From contig JBBIGR010000007.1 in NCBI GenBank assembly GCA_037447435.1, positions 92,701-156,700 of the forward strand: a stretch of 64,000 nucleotides of DNA, read 5' to 3'. This document shows positions 50,079 to 58,585 of the stretch, piece by piece (the first letter of the stretch is position 1; each line of letters begins with the position of its first letter). The DNA is from Fibrobacteria bacterium (GTDB lineage Bacteria; Fibrobacterota; Chitinivibrionia; Chitinivibrionales; FEN-1185). A program made the translations under genes and the position numbers. A model generated the notes under the pieces. The model saw only the letters and a list, made by a program, of their open reading frames with translations, had not been told where the DNA came from and did no database searches.

Positions 50079-50732
50079 CTAGTTTGTTATTGTCGGTTTT
50101 GTGGCTGGCTCGGTCGGCTGCGCTCCGTCTTTTTTCATTTCCTGTTCAAGACGGCGACGCTCCTGATCGAGCTTACGGGTTACTTCCTTAATTTTGGCTT
50201 TGTCGGGCACGAACATGGAAATCATGTTGCGGCCTTCCATTTTGCCCGCAAATTCGACCGAGCAAAGATCGATGATGTCGGCCTCGAAACGCTCGAGGAT
50301 TTTCCTTCCAAAGTCAATATGCGCTATTTCGCGGCCGCGGAACACGATGGTGGCCTTGACGCGATCGCCGCGCAAAAGGAATTTACGCGCATGGTCCATT
50401 TTGAAATGGTAGTCATGCTCTTCCGTTTTTGGGTGCATCTTGATTTCCTTAAGATGCGAAACATGTTGCTTTTTACGGGCCTCTTTTTGCTTTTTGGATT
50501 TTTCGTATTTAAATTTGCCGTAATCCATGACTCTGCACACCGGCGGATCCGCGGTAGGTGCTACTTCGACAAGATCAAGACCTTCCATTGTTGCACGTTC
50601 GCGTGCCTCGGCAATAGTCAGGATGCCAAGAATTTCGCCCGAACCGCCGACTACGCGGACCCGGGGAACCCTGATTTCTTCGTTTACTTTCGGCATGTCT
50701 TTGTCTTGCTTGGACGGCATGAATCTATTGAT
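50079..50732 (-). CDS. infC: Translation initiation factor IF-3 (probable ATC start)
   Basis: NEEIR..., LDLVEV, PPVCRVMDYGKFKY, FRGRE; GAGGAGG SD lies 5 nt before the in-frame ATC at 50732. Confidence 0.95.
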   Translation of the reverse strand: MNRFMPSKQDKDMPKVNEEIRVPRVRVVGGSGEILGILTIAEARERATMEGLDLVEVAPTADPPVCRVMDYGKFKYEKSKKQKEARKKQHVSHLKEIKMHPKTEEHDYHFKMDHARKFLLRGDRVKATIVFRGREIAHIDFGRKILERFEADIIDLCSVEFAGKMEGRNMISMFVPDKAKIKEVTRKLDQERRRLEQEMKKDGAQPTEPATKPTITN

Positions 50733-50773
50733 ACGTTCCTCCTCACGTAAAGTTTATGGACAATGGAACAAGG

Positions 50774-52675
50774 CTATAGGGCAAGGCTCTTGACTTCTGC
50801 CCGTACCTGTTCCACAAAGCGATCGAGCGCCATCGCACCCTTGTCGCCGTCTTTATGACGCCGTACCGATACGGTTTTTGCTTCGGATTCTTTTTCGCCG
50901 ACAATTGCCATATACGGGACTTTTTTGGTTTCCGCTTCACGAATTTTATACCCGATTTTTTCCGAACGGTCGTCCATTTCGACGCGAAGTCCGGCAGCCT
51001 TGCAGGCGTCGAAAACCTGTTTTGCGAAATCCATGTATTTGTCGGAAATGGGCAATACCCTGATTTGTACCGGCGACAGCCACAAGGGCAATGAACCGCC
51101 GAAATGTTCGAGCATGATGCCGATGAACCGTTCCATGGACCCGAACAAGGCGCGATGCACCATGACCGGTCTCTTTTTTGATCCGTCAACATCCGTATAT
51201 TCGAGCTCGAAACGTTCGGGCATCTGGAAATCGAGTTGAACCGTTCCGCATTGCCAGCTGCGTTTCAAACAGTCTTTAATGTGAAAATCGATTTTAGGAC
51301 CGTAAAACGCACCGTCGCCCGGATTGATTTTGTAAGGAAGTTTTTTTGCATCCAGCACATTTTTCAATGCCGCTTCGGCCTTGTCCCACAATTCGGGCGC
51401 GCCCATGAATTTGTCGGGGCGCGTCGAAAGCTCCATTGCGAAATCGGAGAACCCGAAAGTCTTATACATATTCATGATGAAATCGATGACTTCCATGATC
51501 TGAGGCTCGATTTGTTCGGGGAGGCAAAAAATATGCGCGTCGTCCTGGGTGAATTGACGGACGCGGAAAAGCCCGTGCAATACGCCGGCTTTTTCGTGAC
51601 GATGCACGAGGCCGAATTCACAAAATTTAATGGGGAATTCCTTATACGAATGCGCATTGTTTTTATAAATGAGCAATCCGCCCGGGCAGTTCATGGGTTT
51701 TACCGCATGGGTGACGTCGTCGATGGTGGTGAAATACATGTTCTCGCGGTATTTGTCCCAATGTCCGCTTCGATGCCAGAGTTCTTCGTTTAAAATGATG
51801 GGAGTCTTTACTTCCTGATATCCCGATTCGACATGTTTGGACCGCGAATAATCCATAACGGTATTGTAAAGAATCATGCCTTTGCCGTGCCAAAAGGGAA
51901 ATCCTGCGCCTTCGTTATGGAACGAAAACAAATCCAAGTCTTTGCCTAAACGGCGATGGTCCCGCTTTTGCGCTTCTTCGAGCAATGTAAGATATTCTTC
52001 GAGCATCGATTGCTTGGGAAAAGAAATCCCGTAAATACGGGTGAGCATTTTGTTCTTTTCGCTGCCGCGCCAATACGCGCCCGCAATGCTTGTGAGTTTA
52101 ATTGCCTTGACATAGCCGGTATCGGGAATATGCGGGCCGCGGCACAGGTCGCGCCAGTCGCCCTGCACATACATGCTCGGCCGGCCTTCGATGTCCTGAA
52201 GCAATTCTACTTTATAGAGTTCGCCTTTTGCCGCGAAGAAACTTTCGGCCTCCTGCTTGGAACATTCCTGACGCACAAACGATGTTTTTGTACGTACGAT
52301 TTCCATGAATTTTTTCTCGATGGCAATGAGATCTTCGGGCGTTATCGGTTTATCGGTGTCGAAGTCATAATAAAAACCGTTGTCTATGGACGGACCGATG
52401 GCGATTTTAACGGAAGGGAATAGCGACTGTACGGCCTGTGCCATGATATGCGACGACGAATGCCAGAATACCGATTTGCCTTCCGGGGAGTCGAACGTTA
52501 TGATCGACACGTTATCGCCTTCACAAAGCGTTGTGCTCAGGTCGACAAGCTTGTCGTTGACTTTCGCTGCTATTGCTTCTTTGGCCAATCGTGGAGAAAT
52601 GGCATTTGCAAGGTCTAAAGCTGTGGCGTTATCAGACAGCGCCTTTTGGCCGCCGTCGGGCAGAATAATATTCAC
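50774..52675 (-). CDS. thrS: Threonine-tRNA ligase
   Basis: TGS domain, HSSSH, DLCRGPH, RDHRRLG, KPMNCP, GAFYGPKID, HRALFGSMERF. Confidence 0.98.
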   Translation of the reverse strand: MNIILPDGGQKALSDNATALDLANAISPRLAKEAIAAKVNDKLVDLSTTLCEGDNVSIITFDSPEGKSVFWHSSSHIMAQAVQSLFPSVKIAIGPSIDNGFYYDFDTDKPITPEDLIAIEKKFMEIVRTKTSFVRQECSKQEAESFFAAKGELYKVELLQDIEGRPSMYVQGDWRDLCRGPHIPDTGYVKAIKLTSIAGAYWRGSEKNKMLTRIYGISFPKQSMLEEYLTLLEEAQKRDHRRLGKDLDLFSFHNEGAGFPFWHGKGMILYNTVMDYSRSKHVESGYQEVKTPIILNEELWHRSGHWDKYRENMYFTTIDDVTHAVKPMNCPGGLLIYKNNAHSYKEFPIKFCEFGLVHRHEKAGVLHGLFRVRQFTQDDAHIFCLPEQIEPQIMEVIDFIMNMYKTFGFSDFAMELSTRPDKFMGAPELWDKAEAALKNVLDAKKLPYKINPGDGAFYGPKIDFHIKDCLKRSWQCGTVQLDFQMPERFELEYTDVDGSKKRPVMVHRALFGSMERFIGIMLEHFGGSLPLWLSPVQIRVLPISDKYMDFAKQVFDACKAAGLRVEMDDRSEKIGYKIREAETKKVPYMAIVGEKESEAKTVSVRRHKDGDKGAMALDRFVEQVRAEVKSLAL

Positions 52676-52788
52676 ACTGTGCCCTGTCTTCTACGCAGCC
52701 TTTCGGCTGCTCGGTGATTGCTTTCCTCTTCCCTTTAAAATCTTTTTTTAGAAAAACCAAAAAAAGCGGTGGAGGAGCAGGGATAAAA

Positions 52789-52862
<74 letters not shown>

Positions 52863-53020
52863 TTTTTTGTTGTTTTTGAGAGCGGAAAACCGCGTCCCGA
52901 AAGCAACAAACCGTTTATTTTTTAAAGCTTTGTTTCCAAAACTTTTGACATAACTATCTAAAATACGACAAAAACGGCCATAAAGTCAATAGTCGTTTTC
53001 ACATCAGCACACGAGTAAAT

Positions 53021-53049
53021 AAAAAGGAGACCTTTTACCGTCTCCTTTT
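53021..53049 (-). terminator. Terminator after tRNA-Glu
   Basis: AAAAGGAGAC...GTCTCCTTTT inverted repeat. Confidence 0.65.
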
Positions 53050-53124
53050 GGTAGCCCCACGGGGAATCGAACCCCGGTTTGCTGGATGAGAACCAGCTGT
53101 CCGAAACCACTAGACGATGGGGCC
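53049..53124 (-). tRNA. tRNA-Glu(CTC)
   Basis: GGCCCCATCGTCTAGTGG...GCTGG-TTCTCAT-CCAGC...GGTTCGATTCC...GGGGCTACCA. Confidence 0.96.
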
Positions 53125-53205
53125 AAAAAATCAAAAGTAAAAATTGGGAGTCGGCGTTCAGGACTAATCTTTACCCTTTAATCTTGAATCTTTACTTTGT
53201 TAAAG

Positions 53206-53279
53206 TGGCTGGGGCGCAAGGATTCGAACCTCGATAGCTGGAGTCAGAGTCCAGAGTCCTACCGTTGGACGACGCCCCA
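53206..53279 (-). tRNA. tRNA-Gln(CTG)
   Basis: TGGGGCGTCGTCCAACGG...CTGGA-CTCTGAC-TCCAG...GGTTCGAATCC...GCCCCAGCCA. Confidence 0.96.
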
Positions 53280-53422
53280 ACAAAAGCGTACACCAAAATA
53301 TATTATTTACCTAAATTAGACAAGCGTAGTGCAGGATAAATAATTATTTTTAGCAGGATTAACGTGATAATTTCAGGATTTTACTGCTTCTAACTATAGA
53401 AAAAGCTGTTTTTTTCTCACCT

Positions 53423-55216
53423 ATGAATACAATAGCAATTTTAGATTTCGGCGGCCAATATACCCATCTCATCGCGAACCGCATACGAAGACTCGGCGTA
53501 TATTCGGAAATTCTTCAAAGTGACGTTGCGGCGGAAAAGTGCTCGCACTATAAAGGTATAATACTGTCCGGTAGTCCGCATAGTACGTTGAATTCCACAA
53601 AACCCGGGTTCGATGAAAACATTCTTAAGTTGAACAGGCCCGTTTTAGGGCTTTGCTACGGGCATCAGCTTATGGCATTGTCGCTGGGAGGAACTGTTGT
53701 TCCGGGGAAATATAGGGAATACGGCAATGCGGTTCTCAACGTTTCCCGAAAATCGCCTTTATTCAAAGGGCTTTCGGATAACGAACAAATTTGGATGAGT
53801 CACGGCGATTCCGTTGAAACCGTTCCAAGCGGTTTCGAAATCATCGGTTCCACCGATCGCTGCGCCGTTGCCGCAATGGGCAACGATGCAAAAAAAATGT
53901 ACGGATTGCAATTCCATCCCGAAGTGACCGATACGCCCAAGGGCATGACCATACTCGATAATTTCATTTCCATATGCGAATGTCCCAGAGACTGGAACAC
54001 CGACACGTTTGTGCGCGAAATGGCGGAAAACATAAAAAAAACGTGCAAAGGAAAGAAAGTCTTTTTGCTTGTATCGGGCGGCGTCGATTCCACCGTTGCA
54101 TTTACTTTGTTGAATAAAGTGCTTGGTAAGGAGAACGTTTTCGGTTTGCACATCGACAATGGATTGATGCGGCACAAGGAATCCGGCCTCATTATCGATT
54201 ATATGAAAGAACACGGTTTCGACAACCTTCGCATAATAGACGCTACCGACACGTTTTTGTCCGCATTAAAAGACGTTTCCGATCCCGAGGAAAAACGGCG
54301 GATCATCGGCACGGTTTTTATCGAAGTTAAGGAAACCGCGATAAAACAATTCGGCCTTAATCCGTCGGAATGGATACTCGGCCAGGGTACGATTTATCCC
54401 GACACCATAGAAAGCGCCGGCACTAAGCATGCCGAACGCATCAAGACGCATCATAACCGGGTCGACGCCATCATGGAATTGCTTGAAAAAGGGGAAATCG
54501 TCGAACCGCTTGCGCTTTTATATAAAGACGAAGTGCGCGACCTCGGCAAGGCATTGGATTTGCCGCGAGAGTTATTGTGGCGCCATCCGTTTCCCGGTCC
54601 GGGCCTTGGGGTCCGGTTATTGTGCTCCGACGGGGCTCCGTATGCTGCCGATGAACAATCGCAGAAGTCGGTTAAGGAAATTTCCCAAAAAGCAGGATAT
54701 GAATCGATAGTGCTGCCGCTTAAAAGCGTCGGGGTTCAAGGCGACGGCCGGACCTATGCCCATCCCGCGCTTGTTTTGGGCAAACGGGACTGGAATGCAC
54801 TTGAAGAATTGTCGACAAAAATTACGAACCTGGTAAAACCCGTCAATCGCGTGGTGTACGGCCTAAAGGTCGACCCTGCGCCCGCATATTCTCTTGTTAA
54901 GGCGTTCGTCACGAAAGACCGGCTCGAAATCCTTCGCGCTTTCGATGCGCTTGTCACCGAGTCGCTGCTTAAATTCGACGAATACGACGTGGTATGGCAA
55001 ATGCCCGTGGTGTTGTTGCCGTGCGTCAATGCCCGCGGCAATCAATGCGCCGTGCTGCGGCCCATCATGTCGCAGGAAGCAATGACCGCCCGCTTTGCCC
55101 GGCTAAAAGACGCCACGCTGGATTATATTGTCACCGAAGCCGCAAACGTCAAGGGCCTCGGCGATTTATTCTACGACGTGACGCACAAACCGCCGGCAAC
55201 CATCGAGTGGGAATAG
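53423..55216 (+). CDS. guaA: GMP synthase (glutamine-hydrolysing), long form
   Basis: LDFGGQY, GLCYGHQ, QFHPEV, SGGVDS, IKTHHN, PFPGPGL, KPPATIEWE. Confidence 0.97.
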   Translation: MNTIAILDFGGQYTHLIANRIRRLGVYSEILQSDVAAEKCSHYKGIILSGSPHSTLNSTKPGFDENILKLNRPVLGLCYGHQLMALSLGGTVVPGKYREYGNAVLNVSRKSPLFKGLSDNEQIWMSHGDSVETVPSGFEIIGSTDRCAVAAMGNDAKKMYGLQFHPEVTDTPKGMTILDNFISICECPRDWNTDTFVREMAENIKKTCKGKKVFLLVSGGVDSTVAFTLLNKVLGKENVFGLHIDNGLMRHKESGLIIDYMKEHGFDNLRIIDATDTFLSALKDVSDPEEKRRIIGTVFIEVKETAIKQFGLNPSEWILGQGTIYPDTIESAGTKHAERIKTHHNRVDAIMELLEKGEIVEPLALLYKDEVRDLGKALDLPRELLWRHPFPGPGLGVRLLCSDGAPYAADEQSQKSVKEISQKAGYESIVLPLKSVGVQGDGRTYAHPALVLGKRDWNALEELSTKITNLVKPVNRVVYGLKVDPAPAYSLVKAFVTKDRLEILRAFDALVTESLLKFDEYDVVWQMPVVLLPCVNARGNQCAVLRPIMSQEAMTARFARLKDATLDYIVTEAANVKGLGDLFYDVTHKPPATIEWE

Positions 55217-55219
55217 TAG
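55196..55219 (+). repeat. attL-like direct repeat (guaA 3' end)
   Basis: Identical to 57724-57747. Confidence 0.92.
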
Positions 55220-55226
55220 TTAGCCG

Positions 55227-55260
55227 ATAAAAGGGGATAATAAAATCCCCTTTATTATTT
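55227..55260 (+). terminator. Terminator after guaA
   Basis: AAAGGGGAT...ATCCCCTTT followed by T-rich run. Confidence 0.6.
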
Positions 55261-55369
55261 CTAAACCTCATTTTTGTTTTTTTATCATATTCTTTTAAAT
55301 TGTGGTAGATAATAGGCTTCTCATGTTTTTTAACAGTATGCGTACTTTTCTTTTATTGCCGAATGGGGT

Positions 55370-55520
55370 TTTGCATTTTGCCTGTCGGCAGTGTCACAAC
55401 CTGACATATGAAAGCTGCAATGAAAGCCATAAATTTGATTCTCTTTTTAGGTCGATAGCTTTTAGCCAAGGGCTTTCTATGAAAGAAGCAAAACAAGCTT
55501 TATTGGATAAGATTTTATAA
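55370..55520 (+). pseudogene. Remnant of a mobile-element zinc-ribbon gene
   Basis: FACRQCHNLTYES motif with no credible N-terminal part. Confidence 0.45.
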
Positions 55521-55887
55521 ATACTGCCTCAGAAATCTGCTTAAGGTACTCCCAAAGCTTTTTTAAATCAGGTTGTAGTCGTAGCCTCAGAGTTTTTGTG
55601 TGAGAAAATTTGAAAATTGGGAAAAACGTAATTTTTAATAAAAGTATACTTTCTGATGAAAAGGGCAGCCTTGTAAAACTGTTGATTATTTAAGGCAATA
55701 TCATATAATTTAGAAAAGACAGATAAAATTCAAATAAAACACACCTACCCAACGGATTATAGTACTAAGCTGTTTTTTTTATTTTTGCTTTTAAATATCA
55801 ATGAATATTAAAGAAATAAAAAAACACTTATAAACCTTATTATTCCATTTAGTATTGAAAATCTAAAATTATAAATAAAGGAAAAAT

Positions 55888-56586
55888 ATGTCCAGGAACA
55901 AAGTGGTTATACCCGTAGCTGGAAGAAAAGCTTTGTTGAGCCTATTACAAATTGGAAACGAAAAAAGAGAGAAATTACACCAACTTCTTTCTACTATTGA
56001 GCCTGCTATGTTTGCAGAAAAAATTGTAGACCAAATTATCAGTAAAATTGATTTAGGAAAAAAACATCTTGAAGATATAATAAGCACAATTTTTGATCTT
56101 TATTTTAATGCTTGGAAATCTGGAAAAGAAATTAGCAATTTTATAACTTTAGCAATTAATAGCATAAATGACGAATGTTCTAGCCCTGATGATAAAATTG
56201 TAACAAGCGAACAACAAAAAATATTAATTGATTATTTACAAAAAGTAGTAGCTTTGGATCAAACAGTTGGGATTTCTGCAAAAGGTATAGCTCTTTCAAT
56301 AGGAAATGCAAAATTGTTTTCAACTGCAAATGTGTATACTGATATTCGACCATGTTTTCCTGTAGGTTTTGAAAAGGAATTTTTAGGTGGAATAATATTG
56401 CATCAGCTTGAGATAAATTATTATGAAGAGGGTGGTTCGAAACAAGTGTATTTGACGCTTGATACTTGTGATGTTGCTGCTTTAAAAGAGCAATTAAATA
56501 GAGCGGAAGAGAAAGAAAAGTATCTACGAAGTAAAAAGAATTTAAATAACTTTTGCTTCATTGATAATGATATTCCTAAAGATTAA
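55888..56586 (+). CDS. Hypothetical protein, predicted COMMD-like (helical N-domain plus COMM-like C-domain)
   Basis: 232 aa, AAGGA SD; helical N-region then VYTDIRP / IILHQLEINY / QVYLTLD strands and amphipathic helix DVAALKEQLNRAEEK. Confidence 0.55.
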   Translation: MSRNKVVIPVAGRKALLSLLQIGNEKREKLHQLLSTIEPAMFAEKIVDQIISKIDLGKKHLEDIISTIFDLYFNAWKSGKEISNFITLAINSINDECSSPDDKIVTSEQQKILIDYLQKVVALDQTVGISAKGIALSIGNAKLFSTANVYTDIRPCFPVGFEKEFLGGIILHQLEINYYEEGGSKQVYLTLDTCDVAALKEQLNRAEEKEKYLRSKKNLNNFCFIDNDIPKD

Positions 56587-56627
56587 TTAGTATAAAAATT
56601 AAAACAAATTTACCGAAAGCTTTCTAA

Positions 56628-57266
56628 ATGGAAAATTTATCGACTTTGCTTGATTATGAAAATAAAAGAAGCAATGATGTCGTTAATCAAATCTTAGAAA
56701 AAGAAGGAAATTACCAAAGCTTTAGCCCTAAGAACTATTTAGAAACTTACAAAAGTCCTAGATTCAGAGGCTTTTTCCAAGTTGTTCCTATTCCAATTGC
56801 AAAAGATTGGATGAAAGCAATAACCAAAGAACCTTCAGGAACTTTTAGGTGCGATATTCTTATGGCAGATGAGAGTGAAATTTTAAAAGTGATATCTGAA
56901 GCCGAAGAGTATCTAGATTGGAAAGAAGATTGGGACGATAATGGTGCTAAACCTTTTGAAAGAAAAACATTTGAGAGAGCTAAAAAGTTTCTTTTAGATT
57001 GTAACAGATATATCCGAAATAAATTTAATTTTAAAATTAAAGCACCAGATATTTTGCCAGGTCAAAATGGATCGTTTAAAATTTTTTGGGATATATCTAA
57101 TTTTAAGCTTCTTTTAACAATCCCTGAAAATGATTTAACAGCTATTTCTTATTATGGAGAAGATAATACTAAAACGCAAACTATTGAGGGGAAATTTACT
57201 GAAAGTGTACATGCAACCGGCCTTTTCATTTGGATATATGAAGAAATGAAAAATGTCACTCTTTGA
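56628..57266 (+). CDS. Hypothetical protein, antitoxin/immunity-like
   Basis: LDWKEDWDDNGAKP...PDILPGQNGSFKIFW pattern; overlaps the next gene. Confidence 0.55.
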   Translation: MENLSTLLDYENKRSNDVVNQILEKEGNYQSFSPKNYLETYKSPRFRGFFQVVPIPIAKDWMKAITKEPSGTFRCDILMADESEILKVISEAEEYLDWKEDWDDNGAKPFERKTFERAKKFLLDCNRYIRNKFNFKIKAPDILPGQNGSFKIFWDISNFKLLLTIPENDLTAISYYGEDNTKTQTIEGKFTESVHATGLFIWIYEEMKNVTL

Positions 57267-57624
57267 AAAAGAGAATATCCTTGATAAATGCCACGTTTTT
57301 TACAGGCTGCACCAATCTTTTTTTAATAAGAAAGGAAAGCTTTCACCAGGTGTTTTTCAGGATAGGGGTAATGGAATGTCGGTGGATTGGAAAAAATATT
57401 CCACACCAGAAGAAACCCAAATGAGAGCTCCTAAAAACCCAAAATTAAATAAAATTGGAGAATTGAATGTTGGAGAAATTAGGAAAATTGAATTAAAAGT
57501 TGAGCATACGCCTGATGAATTAACTAGAAATAGAGCCCATTCAGATGTTTTTGGTACCAAAAGCGAAAAAGTACAATTGGCACTATGGGAACTTTGTCAA
57601 AATAAAATTTATACTATTCAGTAA
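57253..57624 (+). CDS. Small putative ADP-ribosyltransferase-fold (Tse2-like) toxin
   Basis: VFYR, GMSVD, NRAHS motifs in R...S...H arrangement; 123 aa. Confidence 0.55.
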   Translation: MSLFEKENILDKCHVFYRLHQSFFNKKGKLSPGVFQDRGNGMSVDWKKYSTPEETQMRAPKNPKLNKIGELNVGEIRKIELKVEHTPDELTRNRAHSDVFGTKSEKVQLALWELCQNKIYTIQ

Positions 57625-57723
57625 TATACTTAGATTCAATCTTGCTTTAAAACTAAGTTTTTGTTACCCACATGTTACTCGCCTAAAATAATCCTTCTAT
57701 AAATCAATTGCTTAAGCAATACA

Positions 57724-57747
57724 GCAACCATCGAGTGGGAATAGTAG
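57724..57747 (+). repeat. attR-like direct repeat (copy of guaA 3' end)
   Basis: Identical to 55196-55219. Confidence 0.92.
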
Positions 57748-57899
57748 CGAAAAAACACGATTAAATTTCATTCGTGTAATTTCTGTTCTTCAAATAAAAT
57801 GCGATTGCATAAAAACCATTGCACAGATATAATTTATTAATCAGCCAATAATCGGCATTCAAAAACCGTAGCGCTTTGTAATGAAGTAGGGAATGTGCT

Positions 57900-58097
57900 A
57901 TGAAACTGCAAAGAGTTCTTTCCGTTGGCAATATGAATGATGGTTTCCGGGGAGCGATAGCAACGAAACATTTGACCCCAAGCCAGAGGCTTTCACATTT
58001 AGAAGACTTGCGCCGGGACGCAGCAAGAATATTTAACTATGAATATCCAAAAAGACTTCGAAGAGTTCTTGAAGTTGTTGAACAAAAAAAAGGTTGA
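57900..58097 (+). CDS. Small hypothetical partner of the nucleotidyltransferase
   Basis: LTPSQRL..LE.LR...RL.RVLEVV; overlaps the downstream gene. Confidence 0.55.
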   Translation: MKLQRVLSVGNMNDGFRGAIATKHLTPSQRLSHLEDLRRDAARIFNYEYPKRLRRVLEVVEQKKG

Positions 58098-58491
58098 ATA
58101 TGTAATTGTTGGTGGTTATGCAGTTGCATTTCATGGCTATATTCGACTGACAAAAGACCTTGATATTCTATTCAGGAACACCAAATTAAACATTCTTAAT
58201 CTCCGAAGTGCCTTAAATCACTTTGGTTTTCCTTCCGACAGCTTGGAGGACGTTGCTTTTTCAGAGCAAGGAAAAATTATTAGAATGGGCGTTTCTCCGG
58301 TCATGATTGAGCTGATTAATGCAATAAGTGGTGTGGACTTCGAAACTGCCTGGAAAAATCGGATAATAGGCCCCTATGGCAAAGTAGAAACTTTTTTCCT
58401 ATCAAAGCCCGATTTGCTGAAAAATAAAAAAGCATCAGGAAGACCTCAAGACCTTGCCGATATTGAGGAATTAAAAAGTATAGAAAACTAA
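58039..58491 (+). CDS. Pol-beta superfamily nucleotidyltransferase (DUF6036-like)
   Basis: YVIVGGYAVAFHG..R.TKDLD, K.ASGRPQDLADI. Confidence 0.85.
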   Translation: MNIQKDFEEFLKLLNKKKVEYVIVGGYAVAFHGYIRLTKDLDILFRNTKLNILNLRSALNHFGFPSDSLEDVAFSEQGKIIRMGVSPVMIELINAISGVDFETAWKNRIIGPYGKVETFFLSKPDLLKNKKASGRPQDLADIEELKSIEN

Positions 58492-58585
58492 ACGTCGAGA
58501 AGCAAGAGGCGTTTTTGTTAAATTACGCCTTGGATACGGTGCAACCGAAAGCCAACCCGTATAAAAAACAATTCCTTGATTTTGC

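Larger units (their letters stand above)
55196..57747. mobile_element. AT-rich genomic islet integrated at the 3' end of guaA (no integrase)
   Basis: Perfect 24-bp direct repeat GCAACCATCGAGTGGGAATAGTAG at 55196-55219 and 57724-57747; abrupt drop in GC inside. Confidence 0.9.

Noticed and set aside
53206..53279. tRNA-Gln as an amber suppressor
   Set aside because: The anticodon reads CTG, not CTA.
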